A stretch of 60,396 nucleotides of DNA, from assembly GCA_016787925.1 (NCBI GenBank), contig JAEUSK010000175.1:1-60396 (forward strand), written 5' to 3'. Every line of letters begins with the position of its first letter. Positions within the stretch are counted from its first letter, which is position 1. The notes beneath the pieces are model-generated. The model did not search any database and had not been told where the DNA came from. It was given only the letters and a program-made list of their open reading frames with translations. Of this stretch, positions 30,338-43,143 are shown piece by piece. Source of the DNA: a bacterium (GTDB lineage Bacteria > CLD3 > SB21). Position numbers and translations under genes: made by a program.

Positions 30338-33300
30338 TTATTTTCCGTGACAGTGTTTAAATTTCTTTCCGCTTCCGCACGGGCATGGGTCATTGCGGCC
30401 AACTTTTTGTTCTGCCCTGACCGGCGTGTGGCTGACTCTAGCGGGTTGCTCCTCTCCTTGCCCATCAGATGCTCCGGAAAAACCCATGCCATCAGTAGAT
30501 GCATGTACCGTGCGTAACACCCGCGCGCGTTTGATCATTTGTTTTTCCATTTCTTCGGCAGGTTCAGCCCGGAATACGAATTCAACGATTTCAGCGGTAA
30601 TACGGTCAAGAAGCTGCATGAACATATCGAATCCTTCTTTCTTATATTCGATCAAAGGATCTTTTTGCCCGTAACCCCGTAAATGGATGCCCTCCTTGAA
30701 TTCCTCCATTTCGCGCAGATGTTCTTTCCAGCGTTCATCAATAGTCTTCAGTAATGCGATACGCTCTATTCTGCGCATGTTTTCTGAAGTCCAGACAGTT
30801 TCTCTTGACTCGTAGCGCTCCATGAGGTGCTTCCGCAAATAGTCGCTAAACTCCTCGAGCCTTATGCCAAATAGTTCATCATTATTGAGCGCAATTCCGC
30901 AGGTTCTCAATAAGTATTCCGTTAGGCCTGCAATATCCCAATCTTCAGAATGCGGACGATCTCCGACATACTTTTCATTTACCATTTCAACAAATTCGTC
31001 AAGAACATCCAGAAATTCATTCTTGACATTTTCATTCAGCAATGCCCGGCGGCGGCGGCTGTAAATGATTTCACGCTGCTGGTTCATCACATCGTCATAT
31101 TCCAATAGTCTTTTTCGGATGCTAAAATTGCGCGCTTCAACCCGTTTCTGCGCACGTTCTACCGCTTTGGTGATCCAGCGATGTGAAATAACTTCTCCTT
31201 CCTCTGCGCCTAATCTGTCCATGACGCGGGCAATTCGATCCGATCCAAACAAGCGCATCAAGTCATCTTCGAGCGAAATAAAAAACACAGAGGCCCCCGG
31301 ATCACCCTGCCTGCCGCTTCGCCCGCGCAACTGTAAATCAATACGCCGCGATTCATGACGCTCTGTTCCGATAATCTGAAGACCTCCCGCCGCCTGAACG
31401 CCTGACCCAAGCTTGATATCCGTTCCGCGTCCTGCCATGTTTGTTGCGATAGTCACTGCACCTTTTTGACCGGCATTTGACACGATCTCTGCCTCGCGCT
31501 GATTTTGTTTTGCGTTGAGAACTTCGTGCTTTATTCCCTTTCGCGTAAGCATTCGGCTAATAGTTTCTGATACTTCCACGGAGGTTGTTCCGACAAGCGT
31601 TGGTTTGTCCGCTTTTTGGTTTTCCCCGATAAGATCGACCACCGCATTGTATTTCTCGCGTTTTGTTCTGTAGATCTGATCTTCGTAGTCACTTCGAACT
31701 ATGGGACGATTCGTAGGTACGACCGTTACGTCCAGCTTGTAAATTTCGAATAATTCAGTTGCTTCCGTTACCGCGGTACCGGTCATACCGGCCAACTTCT
31801 TGTAAAGTCGAAAATAGTTTTGCAGCGTAATGGTTGCGAGCGTTTGCGTGTCGCGTTCGACTTTGACTCCTTCTTTTGCCTCAATCGCCTGGTGCAGGCC
31901 GTCGCTGTAGCGGCGACCATGCAAAATACGTCCGGTAAATTCGTCCACGATTTGCACTTTTCCGTCCTGCACAACATATTCAATATCTTTTTCGTACAAC
32001 GAATATGCTAACAGAAGTTTTTCAATACTGTGTATTCTATCGCTGCGCTCCGCAAATACTTTCCCTAATTCGTCTTTCTTGATGGCCCGTTCACGCTCAC
32101 TGAGGTCGTGATTCGTATCAATCTTTATGATTTCATCCGAAAGATCCGGAATAATAAACATCTCCGGGTTTGTCGGCGACATGGTATTTCGTCCCTTTTC
32201 AGTCAGATCTATGGCATGACTCTTTTCATCGATTGCAAAATAAAGTTCTTCGTCAATTTCATGAATTTTCTTATCCCGCAAATAATTATTCTCCGTCGCC
32301 TGTATGAGTTGCGCGACACCTTCCTGCGTCATAGCTTTCATTAACCGCTTGTTCTTTGGCGCGCCGCGCAATGCCGTAAGCAGTTTGATCCCCGCCTCTA
32401 CATTATCCCCCTTCTTAAGCGCCTGATCACCATCTGCAACAAGCTGATTAACCAAACGGGTTTGCATGTCGAGCAGCTTCTTTACAAGGGGGTTACTTTC
32501 CTCATATTTTTGATTTGTAGGCGTGTCCACTGCTCCGCTGATAATCAATGGCGTTCGCGCCTCATCGACCAAAACTGAATCCACCTCATCCACAATCGCA
32601 TAGTAATGCCCACGTACCTGTACCACATCGTCCGGCGACGTTGCCATATTGTCTCGTAAATAATCAAATCCAAACTCATTGTTGGTCCCGTAAGTGATAT
32701 CGCAATTGTATGCCTCTCTCCGCTGCGCAGGATTCATGTCATTAAGAATCACACCGATAGTTAGTCCAAGAAATTCATAGACTTTTCCCATCCACTCTTT
32801 GTCGCGTAAAGCCAGATAATCGTTTACGGTTACCAGATGGACGCCTCGCCCTGCTAACGCATTTAGGTAAATTGATGCTACGGCAACTAATGTCTTGCCT
32901 TCTCCGGTTGCCATCTCTGCTATTTTGCCTTGATGTAAAACAATTCCTCCGATCAGCTGGACATCATAAGGAACCATATCCCATGTTACTTGCCGGCCGC
33001 ACACCATGTAGGAGCTCCCCTTTAGGCGTTTACAGGCTTGTTTTACATTTGCAAAGGCCTCCGGCAATATGTCATTTAGCGCAGCCTGCTGCATGTCAAA
33101 CAACCGCTTTTCAGCGTTCTTGAGTTCATCCACTAATGCTTTTGCAAGATTGTGATCGGAACTGGTCTGGACCTTTTCTTTAATTTCCTGAACGGCGGCA
33201 GCTTCTTCTTTAGTAAGTTCTTTGATTCTGTCTTTGAATTCGCCCGTTTTCTCGGCAAGCTGCTCAGCGCTCAAATCGTCATATAATGCATCGTATCGAT

Positions 33301-33385
33301 TAATTTCTTCAACAATAGGCGATATTTTTTTTACATCGCGTTCATGTTTATTACCTAATATGGCTCTTAGTACGGCTGAAATCAT
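30338..33385 (-). CDS. secA: Preprotein translocase subunit SecA
   Basis: [36 protein letters not shown]-terminal SEC-C ([13 protein letters not shown]). Confidence 0.98.
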   Translation of the reverse strand: MISAVLRAILGNKHERDVKKISPIVEEINRYDALYDDLSAEQLAEKTGEFKDRIKELTKEEAAAVQEIKEKVQTSSDHNLAKALVDELKNAEKRLFDMQQAALNDILPEAFANVKQACKRLKGSSYMVCGRQVTWDMVPYDVQLIGGIVLHQGKIAEMATGEGKTLVAVASIYLNALAGRGVHLVTVNDYLALRDKEWMGKVYEFLGLTIGVILNDMNPAQRREAYNCDITYGTNNEFGFDYLRDNMATSPDDVVQVRGHYYAIVDEVDSVLVDEARTPLIISGAVDTPTNQKYEESNPLVKKLLDMQTRLVNQLVADGDQALKKGDNVEAGIKLLTALRGAPKNKRLMKAMTQEGVAQLIQATENNYLRDKKIHEIDEELYFAIDEKSHAIDLTEKGRNTMSPTNPEMFIIPDLSDEIIKIDTNHDLSERERAIKKDELGKVFAERSDRIHSIEKLLLAYSLYEKDIEYVVQDGKVQIVDEFTGRILHGRRYSDGLHQAIEAKEGVKVERDTQTLATITLQNYFRLYKKLAGMTGTAVTEATELFEIYKLDVTVVPTNRPIVRSDYEDQIYRTKREKYNAVVDLIGENQKADKPTLVGTTSVEVSETISRMLTRKGIKHEVLNAKQNQREAEIVSNAGQKGAVTIATNMAGRGTDIKLGSGVQAAGGLQIIGTERHESRRIDLQLRGRSGRQGDPGASVFFISLEDDLMRLFGSDRIARVMDRLGAEEGEVISHRWITKAVERAQKRVEARNFSIRKRLLEYDDVMNQQREIIYSRRRRALLNENVKNEFLDVLDEFVEMVNEKYVGDRPHSEDWDIAGLTEYLLRTCGIALNNDELFGIRLEEFSDYLRKHLMERYESRETVWTSENMRRIERIALLKTIDERWKEHLREMEEFKEGIHLRGYGQKDPLIEYKKEGFDMFMQLLDRITAEIVEFVFRAEPAEEMEKQMIKRARVLRTVHASTDGMGFSGASDGQGEEQPARVSHTPVRAEQKVGRNDPCPCGSGKKFKHCHGK

Positions 33386-33474
33386 GGGTTAAAGCGACTC
33401 CTTCATCTATTCAACAGTTAAATTGTATTTTCGCATTATATTTTTCTATTATTCCAGTTACATGTCTATAGTTG

Positions 33475-34185
33475 CTATCTGCCTTTAATCAAACGATCGG
33501 CCAGAAAAGGGGGCAGCCCTCTGTCTCGTATTTTTTGAGCGGTCACTTCCATGTTGTATTCAAAGCGATAAGGCTGGTAATACCATTTATCGGTATCAAA
33601 AATTCCGAAGCTCAGGCGCGGATTACCATCTCTCGGTTGTCCAATGCTTCCAACATTAATCAAATATTTGGTCTCTTTACTCAGCGAAAACGACATAACA
33701 GTGCTGGTATCGCGATAGTATATCTGAGGCACGTGAGAATGGCCGATGAAGCATACTTTTTCTTCAAAATGATCGAATTGCGTAATAGCATCATTCCAGG
33801 TAAACACATAATGCCATTCTTCAGGCTCCTGCGGCGTCGAATGAACAAAATATATGTCATTGAGCTTGTGCGTATATGGCAGTAGTGAGAGAAAGTTAAG
33901 ATTATTTGCACTGATCTGCTCGCGAGTCCATAGTACTGCTTCCTTTGCAATTGGGTTAAAATTATCTGTTGCTTCAATATGCGTTACGGCGTAATCATGA
34001 TTTCCCATGAGGACTATGCAGGAGCGCTTCCGCATTATATCTACGCACTGGTCCGGATCAGGTCCATAACCCACAACGTCTCCCAGACAAATGATCTCGT
34101 CGGGTTTTTGATCATCGATCACATTGAGCGCTTTGGTTAAGGCCTCTAAATTAGCGTGAATGTCAGAAATGATGGCTATTCGCAT
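33475..34185 (-). CDS. Metallophosphoesterase (calcineurin-like)
   Basis: SDIHAN, GDVVGYG, GNHD, GHSH, NVGSIGQPRDG. Confidence 0.9.
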   Translation of the reverse strand: MRIAIISDIHANLEALTKALNVIDDQKPDEIICLGDVVGYGPDPDQCVDIMRKRSCIVLMGNHDYAVTHIEATDNFNPIAKEAVLWTREQISANNLNFLSLLPYTHKLNDIYFVHSTPQEPEEWHYVFTWNDAITQFDHFEEKVCFIGHSHVPQIYYRDTSTVMSFSLSKETKYLINVGSIGQPRDGNPRLSFGIFDTDKWYYQPYRFEYNMEVTAQKIRDRGLPPFLADRLIKGR

Positions 34186-34206
34186 GTGGAATATTTCGTA
34201 TGTAGT

Positions 34207-34986
34207 TTATTCTTTCACTGCTCCGCTGGTGAGCCCGGATATTATTTGTTTTTGAAATAAAAGAAAAATAATGATCATCGGAATAGACGAAATACCGGCT
34301 CCTGCCATTAGGTGCGGTGTGTCAATATCCTGGTAACCGCTGAAAAAAGCCAAACCGACGGGCAATGTTCTCATAACATCAGAATCTGTGAAAAGAAATG
34401 GAAACAAAAACTGATTCCAATTATTCACAAAAATGTAAATTCCTAGAACCGCTAATGCAGGCTTTGCCATGGGCATGATGATACGAAATAATATGGTCAT
34501 TTCGGCGGCTCCGTCCATGCGCGCCGATTCTTCCACAGAAACGGGTAATTTTTCAAAGTACTGTTTCATCAAGAAAATTCCAAACGGATTTACGACCCAA
34601 GGAATAATGAGTGCCCAGTAGGTATCTAGCCAGTTGAAATGATTCATCAACATGTAGAGAGGAACCATGACAATCTGTCCGGGGATAATTAAAGTCAAAA
34701 GGACCGTAATAAAAAGTATATTTTTATAGCGAAAATTCTGTCTTGCAAAAAAGTAGCCCGCCATCGAACAAAAGATCAGATTACCTGCCGTAACCGCTAC
34801 CGAGACAATTAAACTATTAAAGAAATATCGCCCAAATAATCCTGAATTCCAAACGTCAAGATAATTTTTGAAAGAAAAAGTTTTTTCGGGATATTCAACC
34901 AAAGAGACAACTATCATCCATGCGACGGGAGCAATACAAACAAGGCTGACAGTGAATAAAAGTGAATACCTATTCCATGAAGTCAT
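34207..34986 (-). CDS. Carbohydrate ABC transporter permease
   Basis: Six TMs, EAA motif EESARMDGA, TLPVGL, C-terminal GAVKE. Confidence 0.9.
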   Translation of the reverse strand: MTSWNRYSLLFTVSLVCIAPVAWMIVVSLVEYPEKTFSFKNYLDVWNSGLFGRYFFNSLIVSVAVTAGNLIFCSMAGYFFARQNFRYKNILFITVLLTLIIPGQIVMVPLYMLMNHFNWLDTYWALIIPWVVNPFGIFLMKQYFEKLPVSVEESARMDGAAEMTILFRIIMPMAKPALAVLGIYIFVNNWNQFLFPFLFTDSDVMRTLPVGLAFFSGYQDIDTPHLMAGAGISSIPMIIIFLLFQKQIISGLTSGAVKE

Positions 34987-35133
34987 TCGTTCGTTCTTTG
35001 GAGGCTAAATGGCTGCAATACTTTGCTCAGGCTAACTTCCTAATTGACCTGCGAGATTCAAACAAGATGAGGATTAATAACTACAGACTAATTAATCGGC
35101 ATCGTGTTCACCGCGAATCGTTGTGTATGATGA

Positions 35134-37122
35134 CTATTTCATATCTGCGGCAACGGCAATATCTTCGACGTCCTTGTGCTCTTCCGGCTCAGCTAAATTA
35201 CCATTCTGGTCGGTGCCATCTGCATCCAAGGACTTCTTTGAACCTAGGATCTCCTCAATTTCCTTTTTATCCAGAACTTCTTTCTCCAGTAATTTTTTAG
35301 TCAAAGACTCTAATTTGTCGCGCTTTTCGATCAACAGGTTTCGGGTCTTTTCGTATGCCGCATCAATGATGGCTTTAACTTCCGAGTCTATCAGTTTTGC
35401 CGTTTCTTCGCTATACGGTTTCATCGTAACTCCGCCAAGAAAATTTTCACGTCCGTTCTCTATGTATGAAATATTACCCAGCTTTGTTGACATACCATAC
35501 ATCGTCACCATGCGCGTGGCAATTTCTGTAACACGCTCAAGATCATTCGATGCGCCGGTGGAGATTTGGTTAAAGACAATGTCCTCAGCGGCACGCCCGC
35601 CAAGCAAACTGCATAGTTTCTCGATCAATTCATCACGAGACAACAAATATCTGTCTTCAAGAGGAGTCTGCAGCGTATAACCAAGCGCAGCTACGCCGCG
35701 CGGAACAATGGAAACTTTATGTATAGGATCCGCATTCTCGAGATAATGTCCGACTACCGCATGGCCGGATTCATGATAGGCAACGATGTTTTTTTCTTTT
35801 GGACTAATGATCTTATTTTTCTTCTCTAGTCCGCCGATAACACGTTCAATTGCATCCTGGAAATCAGACGTATCAATTCGCTCCTTGTCTTTTCGAGAGG
35901 CCAGCAAAGACGCTTCGTTACATACATTGGCGATCTCAGCGCCCGCAAATCCGGGGGTCTGGGCTGCCAATGCCTGTAGATCCATATTATCAGCAAGAGG
36001 CATGCCTTTTGTGTGAACTTTAAATATTTCCATTCTGGCCTTAAGATCCGGTCGGTCTAATACCACCTGACGGTCAAATCGTCCGGGTCTTAATAACGCA
36101 ACATCTAAAACATCCGGCCGATTGGTCGCTCCAACGATAATCACGCCTTTGTCGGTATTAAAACCGTCCATTTCAACCAGTAATTGATTCAAAGTATTTT
36201 CACGCTCGTCATGGCCGCCCATGATCATTCCCTTTGCCCGGCTCCGGCCAATGGCATCAATTTCATCAATGAATATAATACACGGCGCTTTTGATTTTGC
36301 CTCGGCAAATAAATCTCTGACGCGTGAAGCACCGACACCAACAAACATTTCCACAAAATCAGAGCCGCTCAAATGAAAAAAAGGCACATTAGCCTCACCA
36401 GCGACCGCTTTTGCAAGCAGTGTTTTCCCTGTTCCAGGAGGACCGACTAATAGAACTCCTTTGGGCAGTTTTGCCCCGAGTTTGGTATATTTTTTTGGAT
36501 TTTGCAGGAAATCAACTATCTCACGAACCTCTTCTATCACTTCTTCAACACCGGCAACATCGTTAAACGTTACTTTTGTCTTTGAATCCGTAGCGTAAAT
36601 TTTCGCCTTACTTTTTCCGATGCTCATCACATTGCCGCCGCCGCCCATCCGTTTAAAAATAAATCCCCACAAAAGAAAAAGCAGAAGTAGCGGAAAAATC
36701 CAGTAAATTAGAATATTCTCAAGCCAATTACTGTCAATCACGCCCTTGTAATTTACACCGGCAGCTTGGAGGTCTTCAACTAGCTTATCGTCGGTTAGAG
36801 AGTTGACAATAAAAGTCTGACGGAGGTCTTTTTTAAATTGACTTTCAAAAAAATTTCCAAGTCGAATCCGTTCGGTGATATCCGTAGGCTGCTGGTTTGC
36901 TTTTTCCTGCTGAGCAACGAGACTATCGGGCAATTTAAATTTTCCGAATATCTTGTCGTTGGTGATTTGAACTTCGTCGATTTTTCCTGCGGCTAATTTA
37001 TCGCGAAACTCCTTGTATGTTATCTCTGCGTCTTGTCCGCTTGGAAATAGTATCGGATTTAGGAGAACAAATAGAAATAGAACGCCCAATATGATAGGTA
37101 TCTGCAGTTTTTGTTTATTCAT
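35134..37122 (-). CDS. ftsH: ATP-dependent zinc metalloprotease FtsH
   Basis: Two TMs, [17 protein letters not shown] region, HESGH, GASNDL. Confidence 0.97.
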   Translation of the reverse strand: MNKQKLQIPIILGVLFLFVLLNPILFPSGQDAEITYKEFRDKLAAGKIDEVQITNDKIFGKFKLPDSLVAQQEKANQQPTDITERIRLGNFFESQFKKDLRQTFIVNSLTDDKLVEDLQAAGVNYKGVIDSNWLENILIYWIFPLLLLFLLWGFIFKRMGGGGNVMSIGKSKAKIYATDSKTKVTFNDVAGVEEVIEEVREIVDFLQNPKKYTKLGAKLPKGVLLVGPPGTGKTLLAKAVAGEANVPFFHLSGSDFVEMFVGVGASRVRDLFAEAKSKAPCIIFIDEIDAIGRSRAKGMIMGGHDERENTLNQLLVEMDGFNTDKGVIIVGATNRPDVLDVALLRPGRFDRQVVLDRPDLKARMEIFKVHTKGMPLADNMDLQALAAQTPGFAGAEIANVCNEASLLASRKDKERIDTSDFQDAIERVIGGLEKKNKIISPKEKNIVAYHESGHAVVGHYLENADPIHKVSIVPRGVAALGYTLQTPLEDRYLLSRDELIEKLCSLLGGRAAEDIVFNQISTGASNDLERVTEIATRMVTMYGMSTKLGNISYIENGRENFLGGVTMKPYSEETAKLIDSEVKAIIDAAYEKTRNLLIEKRDKLESLTKKLLEKEVLDKKEIEEILGSKKSLDADGTDQNGNLAEPEEHKDVEDIAVAADMK

Positions 37123-37153
37123 TATATATTCCTTATGAGCCCTTTTTGAGTTG

Positions 37154-39601
37154 TTATTTTTTTGTGAGCCTTTTAGACTTTTGTTTTTTCTTACTTTTTG
37201 GTTTCATTCCGTTGTTATGGACCCGCAGGGATTTAACGATCGGTTCAAGTGCGATCTCAACAACCTTGGAAACTTCTTTAACCAGAACAAACTTGATCTC
37301 ATCGCGGATTTGTTTTGGAACTTCGTCAAGATCATTGGCATTCTTATTCGGAATAATTATGGTTCGTATTCCTGCGCGATGCGCCGCGAGTATTTTTTCT
37401 TTTACGCCCCCAATTGGCAAAACGGCGCCTCTCAGAGTAATTTCTCCGGTCATTGCGATATCATTTCGAACTAGTCTGTTCGTTAATAGCGAATAAATCG
37501 CCGTATACATCGTGATTCCTGCTGATGGCCCATCCTTCGGAATTCCTCCTGCCGGTACGTGAATATGTATGTCTATTTTGTCGAATTCATCTTTGATTCC
37601 TAGTTCTTCTGCCTGCGAACGAATTTGACTCAATGCGGCAATTGCTGATTCCTTCATGATATCACCCAGCTGCCCCGTCAGTGTCAAGCTGCCCTTTCCC
37701 CTCATTTTTGTAGCTTCAATAAACAGTATGTCCCCGCCGGCAGCAGTCCATGCCAGCCCTGTGACAATTCCAGGCTTATTGATTCGCTCGACGGCATCCG
37801 AGAAAAACTTTATCTTGCCGAGGTACGTATACACGCTTTTCTTGTCAATCGTGGTCTTCGTAATTTTTCCTTCGGCAATTTGGTGTGCCACGCCTCGGCA
37901 AATCGTCGCAATTTCCCGTTCCATATTTCTTAGCCCCGCCTCGCGTGTGTGATCGCGGATAATATGCTTGATTGTTTCACGGTCAAATTTGATTTGTTTC
38001 TCGCTTAAACCGTGTTCGCCTATCTGTTTTGGAATAATGAATTTTTGCGCAATATTTATTTTCTCTTCTTCCGTATAACCCGGAATTTCAATGATCTCCA
38101 TGCGATCACGCAGGGCGGGTATGATCGGATCTGCTAAATTAGCTGTTGCTATAAAGAGAACTTTTGAGAGATCAAACGGTACATCCAGATAATGGTCTGC
38201 AAAACTGAAATTCTGTTCAGGATCAAGCACTTCAAGCAATGCGCTCGACGGATCCCCGCGAAAATCCATTCCAACCTTATCAATCTCATCAAGCATGAAT
38301 ACAGGATTGATGGAGCCGCCTTTCTTGATACCTTGTATCACGCGCCCCGGTAATGCGCCGATGTATGTTCTGCGGTGGCCTCGAATCTCCGCTTCATCAC
38401 GAATCCCGCCTAAAGACATGCGCACGAATTTTCGTCCAAGCGCCTTCGCAATAGAACGGCCTAACGACGTTTTGCCGACGCCCGGGGGACCAACAAAACA
38501 AAGAATTGGGCCTCGCATATCGTTCTTGAGTTTACGCACTGACAGATATTCCAATATTCTTTTCTTCACCTTTTCCAAACCATAATGGTCCGACTCAAGG
38601 CTTTTTCGCGCCGCATCTATCTTCATATTGTCTTCTGTAAATATGCTCCATGGCATGTCTACAAGCCAGTCAATGTACGTGCGCGATACTGTATATTCGG
38701 CCGCCATAGGCGACATTCGGCCCAGACGCTCCAACTCCTTTTTTGTGACATCATACACTTCTTTCGGCATCTTCGCTTTTTCGATCTTTTCTTTTATCTC
38801 TGTGATTTCCGGATTGGCGGATTCCGCATCACCGAGCTCACGCTGAATTGCCTTTAACTGCTCACGCAAATAGTATTCCCGTTGCGTTTTACTGATTTCG
38901 TCCTGCACGTCGCTTTGAATTTTGTTCCCTAATTCCAGAGTCTGCAAAACCTTACTTAACATCACATGAGTTTTATCCAGCCTCTCCTTCACATTCAGAA
39001 CCTGCAGTATCTCCTGTTTTTCTTCTGTTGAAATATTCAGCGCTGAAACCGCTACGTCGGCAACTCGGCCCGGCAGTTGAACATTTAATATCATCGACGT
39101 CTGTTCTGCGGTAAGGTACGGCGCTAAACCGGCCATTTTTTGAAAAATACTCTTTATATTCATGACCAACGCATCTATCTCAAGATCATCACGTGATGGA
39201 GGAATATCAACCAATTCATCAATCTTTGCCACCCAATAGGGATCATCCTGTATAAATTCTTTGAGTCTGATCCGCTGCACACCCTGAACGATGACACTCT
39301 TGCTGCCGTCCGGCATGTCGAATACTCGCATAATCGTCGCGGCTACTCCATATTCATACATGTCTGAGTGGCTGGGATTCTCAATCGAGCTCTCCTTCTG
39401 CGCTACAACGCCAATCAACCGATTGGCGTCGGAGTATTCTGAAATCAGCTTAAGCGTCTTGTCTCTCCCGATGGACAAGGGCATGATCTGCTGGGGAAAT
39501 AGCACCGTATTGCGCAATGGAATAATCGGCAGCGACTCAGGCAACTGGCCTTTTTTCTTTTTTTCCTTGAGTGAAATCTGCTCCTCGAAAGTTTTTGTCA
39601 T
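37154..39601 (-). CDS. lon: Lon protease
   Basis: Lon N-domain, GPPGVGKTS, HRRTYIGA, PKDGPSAG, GGVKEK. Confidence 0.97.
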   Translation of the reverse strand: MTKTFEEQISLKEKKKKGQLPESLPIIPLRNTVLFPQQIMPLSIGRDKTLKLISEYSDANRLIGVVAQKESSIENPSHSDMYEYGVAATIMRVFDMPDGSKSVIVQGVQRIRLKEFIQDDPYWVAKIDELVDIPPSRDDLEIDALVMNIKSIFQKMAGLAPYLTAEQTSMILNVQLPGRVADVAVSALNISTEEKQEILQVLNVKERLDKTHVMLSKVLQTLELGNKIQSDVQDEISKTQREYYLREQLKAIQRELGDAESANPEITEIKEKIEKAKMPKEVYDVTKKELERLGRMSPMAAEYTVSRTYIDWLVDMPWSIFTEDNMKIDAARKSLESDHYGLEKVKKRILEYLSVRKLKNDMRGPILCFVGPPGVGKTSLGRSIAKALGRKFVRMSLGGIRDEAEIRGHRRTYIGALPGRVIQGIKKGGSINPVFMLDEIDKVGMDFRGDPSSALLEVLDPEQNFSFADHYLDVPFDLSKVLFIATANLADPIIPALRDRMEIIEIPGYTEEEKINIAQKFIIPKQIGEHGLSEKQIKFDRETIKHIIRDHTREAGLRNMEREIATICRGVAHQIAEGKITKTTIDKKSVYTYLGKIKFFSDAVERINKPGIVTGLAWTAAGGDILFIEATKMRGKGSLTLTGQLGDIMKESAIAALSQIRSQAEELGIKDEFDKIDIHIHVPAGGIPKDGPSAGITMYTAIYSLLTNRLVRNDIAMTGEITLRGAVLPIGGVKEKILAAHRAGIRTIIIPNKNANDLDEVPKQIRDEIKFVLVKEVSKVVEIALEPIVKSLRVHNNGMKPKSKKKQKSKRLTKK

Positions 39602-39642
39602 CTTCTATTCCTTGATAATGAACTCATGTAATAATAAATAAT

Positions 39643-39679
39643 AAAAAAGCATCAGGGACCGCAAAAGATTCCTGATGCT
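39643..39679 (-). terminator. Intrinsic terminator after degP
   Basis: Minus strand AGCATCAGG..CCTGATGCT stem followed by a T run. Confidence 0.75.
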
Positions 39680-39706
39680 AATGCACAAGAAATCGGATTG
39701 TATCGC

Positions 39707-41206
39707 CTAGTTTGGCATATTAAACGCGACAAACAATGAACTTCCTTTGCGATTTACCAGCAGCAGCACTGTTTCTCCTTTGGTCACCTTATCTACTTCA
39801 TCAATAAATTCCTTCACATTCTTAACGTCCTTCCGTCCAACACGCTGAATAATATCGCCTTGTCTAAGCCCTGCGCCAAATGCAGCACCATCCTGTTCAA
39901 TGTCCGTGATTATGACGCCCGGAATATTTGAGACGCCGAACTTACTTGCCAGATCCTTATTCATCGTGGTAACATTTATTCCCAATCGTTCAAAGCTCTT
40001 TTTAGCAGGAGCTTCCTCTTTTACAGCCATCGGCTCGCCGGGGGCTTCCGCTAATGTCACTTTTACGATTATTTCTTTGCCGTCCCGTATGAGTGTAAGA
40101 TCAACATCGGTTCCTGGTTGCTTTGGAATTATTTGTTTTCTAATCTCGACGCTATTGGCAACTTCTTTGCCGTTCACCTTGACAATTACATCGCCTTGTT
40201 TCAATTGTGCTTTATCAGCCGGACTGCCTTCCACGATTTGAGCAATGACAGCGCCTTTGGCCGACTTTAATCCAAGCGCTTTTGCCATTTGTTCATCCAC
40301 GTCCTGCATACTCACGCCAACAAAGCCGCGGACAACTTTACCAGATTTGATCAATTGATCCATAATAGATTTCGCGGTATTAGAAGGTATGGCAAAACCG
40401 ATTCCTTCATAGCCGCCGCTTCTTGACATAATTGCAGCATTTATGCCGACTAATTCTCCGCTCATATTGACCAACGCGCCGCCGCTGTTACCGGGATTAA
40501 TGGCTGCGTCCGTTTGCAGAAAATCAACGTCGGTATCAAGTCCCACGGAGGAACGCGACATGCCGCTGATAATGCCGGCAGTTACTGTATGACTAAGCGA
40601 CTTGCTGAATGGATTTCCAACAGCTATCGCCCATTGGCCGACTTTTATATTATCCGAATTGGCAACTTTGATGGCCGGTAGTCCTTTTTCATCAATTTTT
40701 ACAACGGCAAGATCTGTCCTAGGGTCTGTACCGATCAGTTTTCCTTCATACGTCTTTCCGTTTGACAGAGTGATTTTTATCTTGTCTGTTCTGTCGATCA
40801 CATGATTATTAGTTATAACATATCCGTCGGTGCTGACAATTACTCCAGATCCAAGACCAGCAACTTTTTGTTCTTGTTTTGGCTGGCTCCGTGGGTTTCC
40901 GAAGAACCGTCTAAACATATCGTCCCCGCCCATAAAATCATTGAAAGGGTCGGTATATTTTACTGTGGTTTCAGTTTCAACCGTGACCACGCTTGGTGTT
41001 ACGTATTCCGCAACAGCGGCAAACCCTTCACTCCAGTCCTTCATAGCCGCCATCTTCTCTTCTAATTGCAGTCTGAGTTCAGTATCCGATCCCGCTCGCC
41101 CTTTAAAAGTCATATCTAAGTTAGCGGTCAGCAGGATGCCGGCGACTATTCCAATAATTACTAGTACTAGTCCTATGATCAGTCTAGACGATCTCGCTGT
41201 ATGCAT
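39707..41206 (-). CDS. degP: Do/DegP/DegQ family serine endoprotease with two PDZ domains
   Basis: TNNHV, DLAVVK, QTDAAINPGNSGG, two PDZ domains. Confidence 0.9.
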   Translation of the reverse strand: MHTARSSRLIIGLVLVIIGIVAGILLTANLDMTFKGRAGSDTELRLQLEEKMAAMKDWSEGFAAVAEYVTPSVVTVETETTVKYTDPFNDFMGGDDMFRRFFGNPRSQPKQEQKVAGLGSGVIVSTDGYVITNNHVIDRTDKIKITLSNGKTYEGKLIGTDPRTDLAVVKIDEKGLPAIKVANSDNIKVGQWAIAVGNPFSKSLSHTVTAGIISGMSRSSVGLDTDVDFLQTDAAINPGNSGGALVNMSGELVGINAAIMSRSGGYEGIGFAIPSNTAKSIMDQLIKSGKVVRGFVGVSMQDVDEQMAKALGLKSAKGAVIAQIVEGSPADKAQLKQGDVIVKVNGKEVANSVEIRKQIIPKQPGTDVDLTLIRDGKEIIVKVTLAEAPGEPMAVKEEAPAKKSFERLGINVTTMNKDLASKFGVSNIPGVIITDIEQDGAAFGAGLRQGDIIQRVGRKDVKNVKEFIDEVDKVTKGETVLLLVNRKGSSLFVAFNMPN

Positions 41207-41347
41207 TGAGTGCCTCCAAAATTAGTTATAAATAAAGCTTTTTTTTTCTTACGTTATAATAGACTGAAAGTTTTGTCGATAATTCAAAAATAACTTGTCA
41301 GGTAAACATGGATACATATTATAATATTTAGAGTTAACTCATATCGG

Positions 41348-42220
41348 TTACCATTTCATACCGGTTTCATTTGCAAATGCTTCCAGCAGGTCTTTTTGTT
41401 TTCTTGTCAAGTTTTTTGGAACTAAAAGTGCCAAAGTAACGTACATGTCGCCTTTTTTTCCACTGTGACGAACGCCTAAATTTGAAAGCTTCAGCATGGT
41501 TCCGTTTTGAGTTCCGACCGGAATTTTGACTTCCACGTGGCTTCCATAAACTGTCTTAACTTTAACTGTGCTCCCAAGCGACATCTGTGCGAAATTGACA
41601 GGAATTTCGCAATAAACATCATTACCCTTTCTTGAAAAAAACGGATCGGACTGAACGCGTACCGTCAACAGTATGTCAGGGGAATTGTTTTGATGTATAC
41701 GCAATTGCTCGCCGTCGTTAATTCCCTCTGGCAATTTTACTCGTATCGTGCGCGGAACATCACTGTTTATAGCAAACTCCACGTCTCCACCATTTATCGA
41801 TTTCTGAAACGGAATAGATAATTCAACATTGATTTCCTGTTTTTGCGTAGTGTTGCCAAAGAACATGTCATCCAGTATATCTGCAAACGATTCACGCCCG
41901 CCAAATCCGTAAGATTTACCGCCTGATTTCATGTTTTTCATAAAATCATTAAGTTCCGAATCGGAAAAATTTTCAGAGTATTGATAATTTTTTCCGCTTC
42001 TCTGTCCGCCAAATCGCCGCAGGGCATCATACTCTTTACGCTTTTTCGTGTCGCTTAGGGTATTATACGCTTCAGACATCTCCTTGAATTTTTCCTCGGA
42101 CTGCTTGTTCCCGTGGTTTCTGTCAGGATGAAATTTTTTCGCCAACGTTTTGTAAGCTGTCTTTATCGCCTCTTCCGAAGCAGACTCGGAAACGCCCAAT
42201 ATTTTATAATAATCTTTCAA
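41348..42220 (-). CDS. DnaJ-class (CbpA-like, no zinc finger) co-chaperone
   Basis: J-domain KDYY..HPDRN, G/F region, C-terminal GTQNG..GDMYV; TTG start. Confidence 0.9.
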   Translation of the reverse strand: MKDYYKILGVSESASEEAIKTAYKTLAKKFHPDRNHGNKQSEEKFKEMSEAYNTLSDTKKRKEYDALRRFGGQRSGKNYQYSENFSDSELNDFMKNMKSGGKSYGFGGRESFADILDDMFFGNTTQKQEINVELSIPFQKSINGGDVEFAINSDVPRTIRVKLPEGINDGEQLRIHQNNSPDILLTVRVQSDPFFSRKGNDVYCEIPVNFAQMSLGSTVKVKTVYGSHVEVKIPVGTQNGTMLKLSNLGVRHSGKKGDMYVTLALLVPKNLTRKQKDLLEAFANETGMKW

Positions 42221-42231
42221 GCAAATCTTTC

Positions 42232-43113
42232 TTACAATGACAATCCAGATTCCTGGGCATACTGCGTGAGTCTTTCAACGCGCTCTTCCGTCGTTGGATG
42301 CGTTCTGAACAAGCCGCTCAGGCCGCCTCCTGTCAAAGGGCTAATGATGAACATATGAGCGGTCGCATTAGTTGCGTGTAATGGCAGCTGCAAATTTCCT
42401 TTTTCTAATTTAATCAAAGCGTTTGCCAGCTGCATCGGCCTGCGAGAGATTTCAGCACCTGTTCTATCCGCCAAAAACTCACGCGACCGTGATATGGCTA
42501 ACTGAATGATGGTCGCGACAATTGGAGCAAGAATTGCCATGATAAGAAATGAAAAAATGTTACCGCTGCCGCTGTCATCATCATCTGAACTTCTGTTGAA
42601 GCCGCCGAAAATGGCAGCCCACTGCGCCATGCTGGCAATATATCCGATCGCACCTGCGAAAGTTGCCACGATTGAACTGATCAATATATCGCGATTCTTA
42701 ACGTGCGCCAGTTCGTGCGCCATTACGCCCTCAAGCTCATCTTCGCTCAACCTTGACAAAATACCTTCTGTGGCTGCAACTGCAGCATGCTCCGGATCAC
42801 GTCCGGTAGCAAATGCGTTTGGTGAATCTGTCGGAATAATATAAAGCCTCGGCATTGGCAGACTTGCATTGGTTGCCAACCGCTGAACCAAATTATAAAA
42901 CTTTGGGTTATCGTTATATTGAATTTCTTTCGCGCCATACATTTTCAGCACGATTTTATCGCTAAACCAATAGCTTATAAAATTTATAATACCGGCCAAT
43001 ACCAGGGCGATAATTGCACCCGACTGACCGCCAATCATGTTTCCGATAAACACGAAGAGTAATGTCAATATCGACAGTAAAAACATCGTTTTAAATGTGT
43101 TCATGAAAAACAT
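42232..43113 (-). CDS. htpX: Membrane zinc metalloprotease HtpX
   Basis: [28 protein letters not shown]. Confidence 0.94.
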   Translation of the reverse strand: MFFMNTFKTMFLLSILTLLFVFIGNMIGGQSGAIIALVLAGIINFISYWFSDKIVLKMYGAKEIQYNDNPKFYNLVQRLATNASLPMPRLYIIPTDSPNAFATGRDPEHAAVAATEGILSRLSEDELEGVMAHELAHVKNRDILISSIVATFAGAIGYIASMAQWAAIFGGFNRSSDDDDSGSGNIFSFLIMAILAPIVATIIQLAISRSREFLADRTGAEISRRPMQLANALIKLEKGNLQLPLHATNATAHMFIISPLTGGGLSGLFRTHPTTEERVERLTQYAQESGLSL

Positions 43114-43143
43114 ACTTGAAACCCTTTCTCTGATAATTTTTGT

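Noticed and set aside
35123-35680. 185-aa antisense ORF over ftsH, and the many other short antisense or out-of-frame ORFs in the track
   Set aside because: Shadow ORFs of well-conserved genes, with no RBS or domain motifs.
41260-41286. Possible ECF/sigmaE-like promoter (GAATT-16-GTCTA) before degP
   Set aside because: Weak -35 match in very AT-rich DNA; cannot be supported without TSS data.
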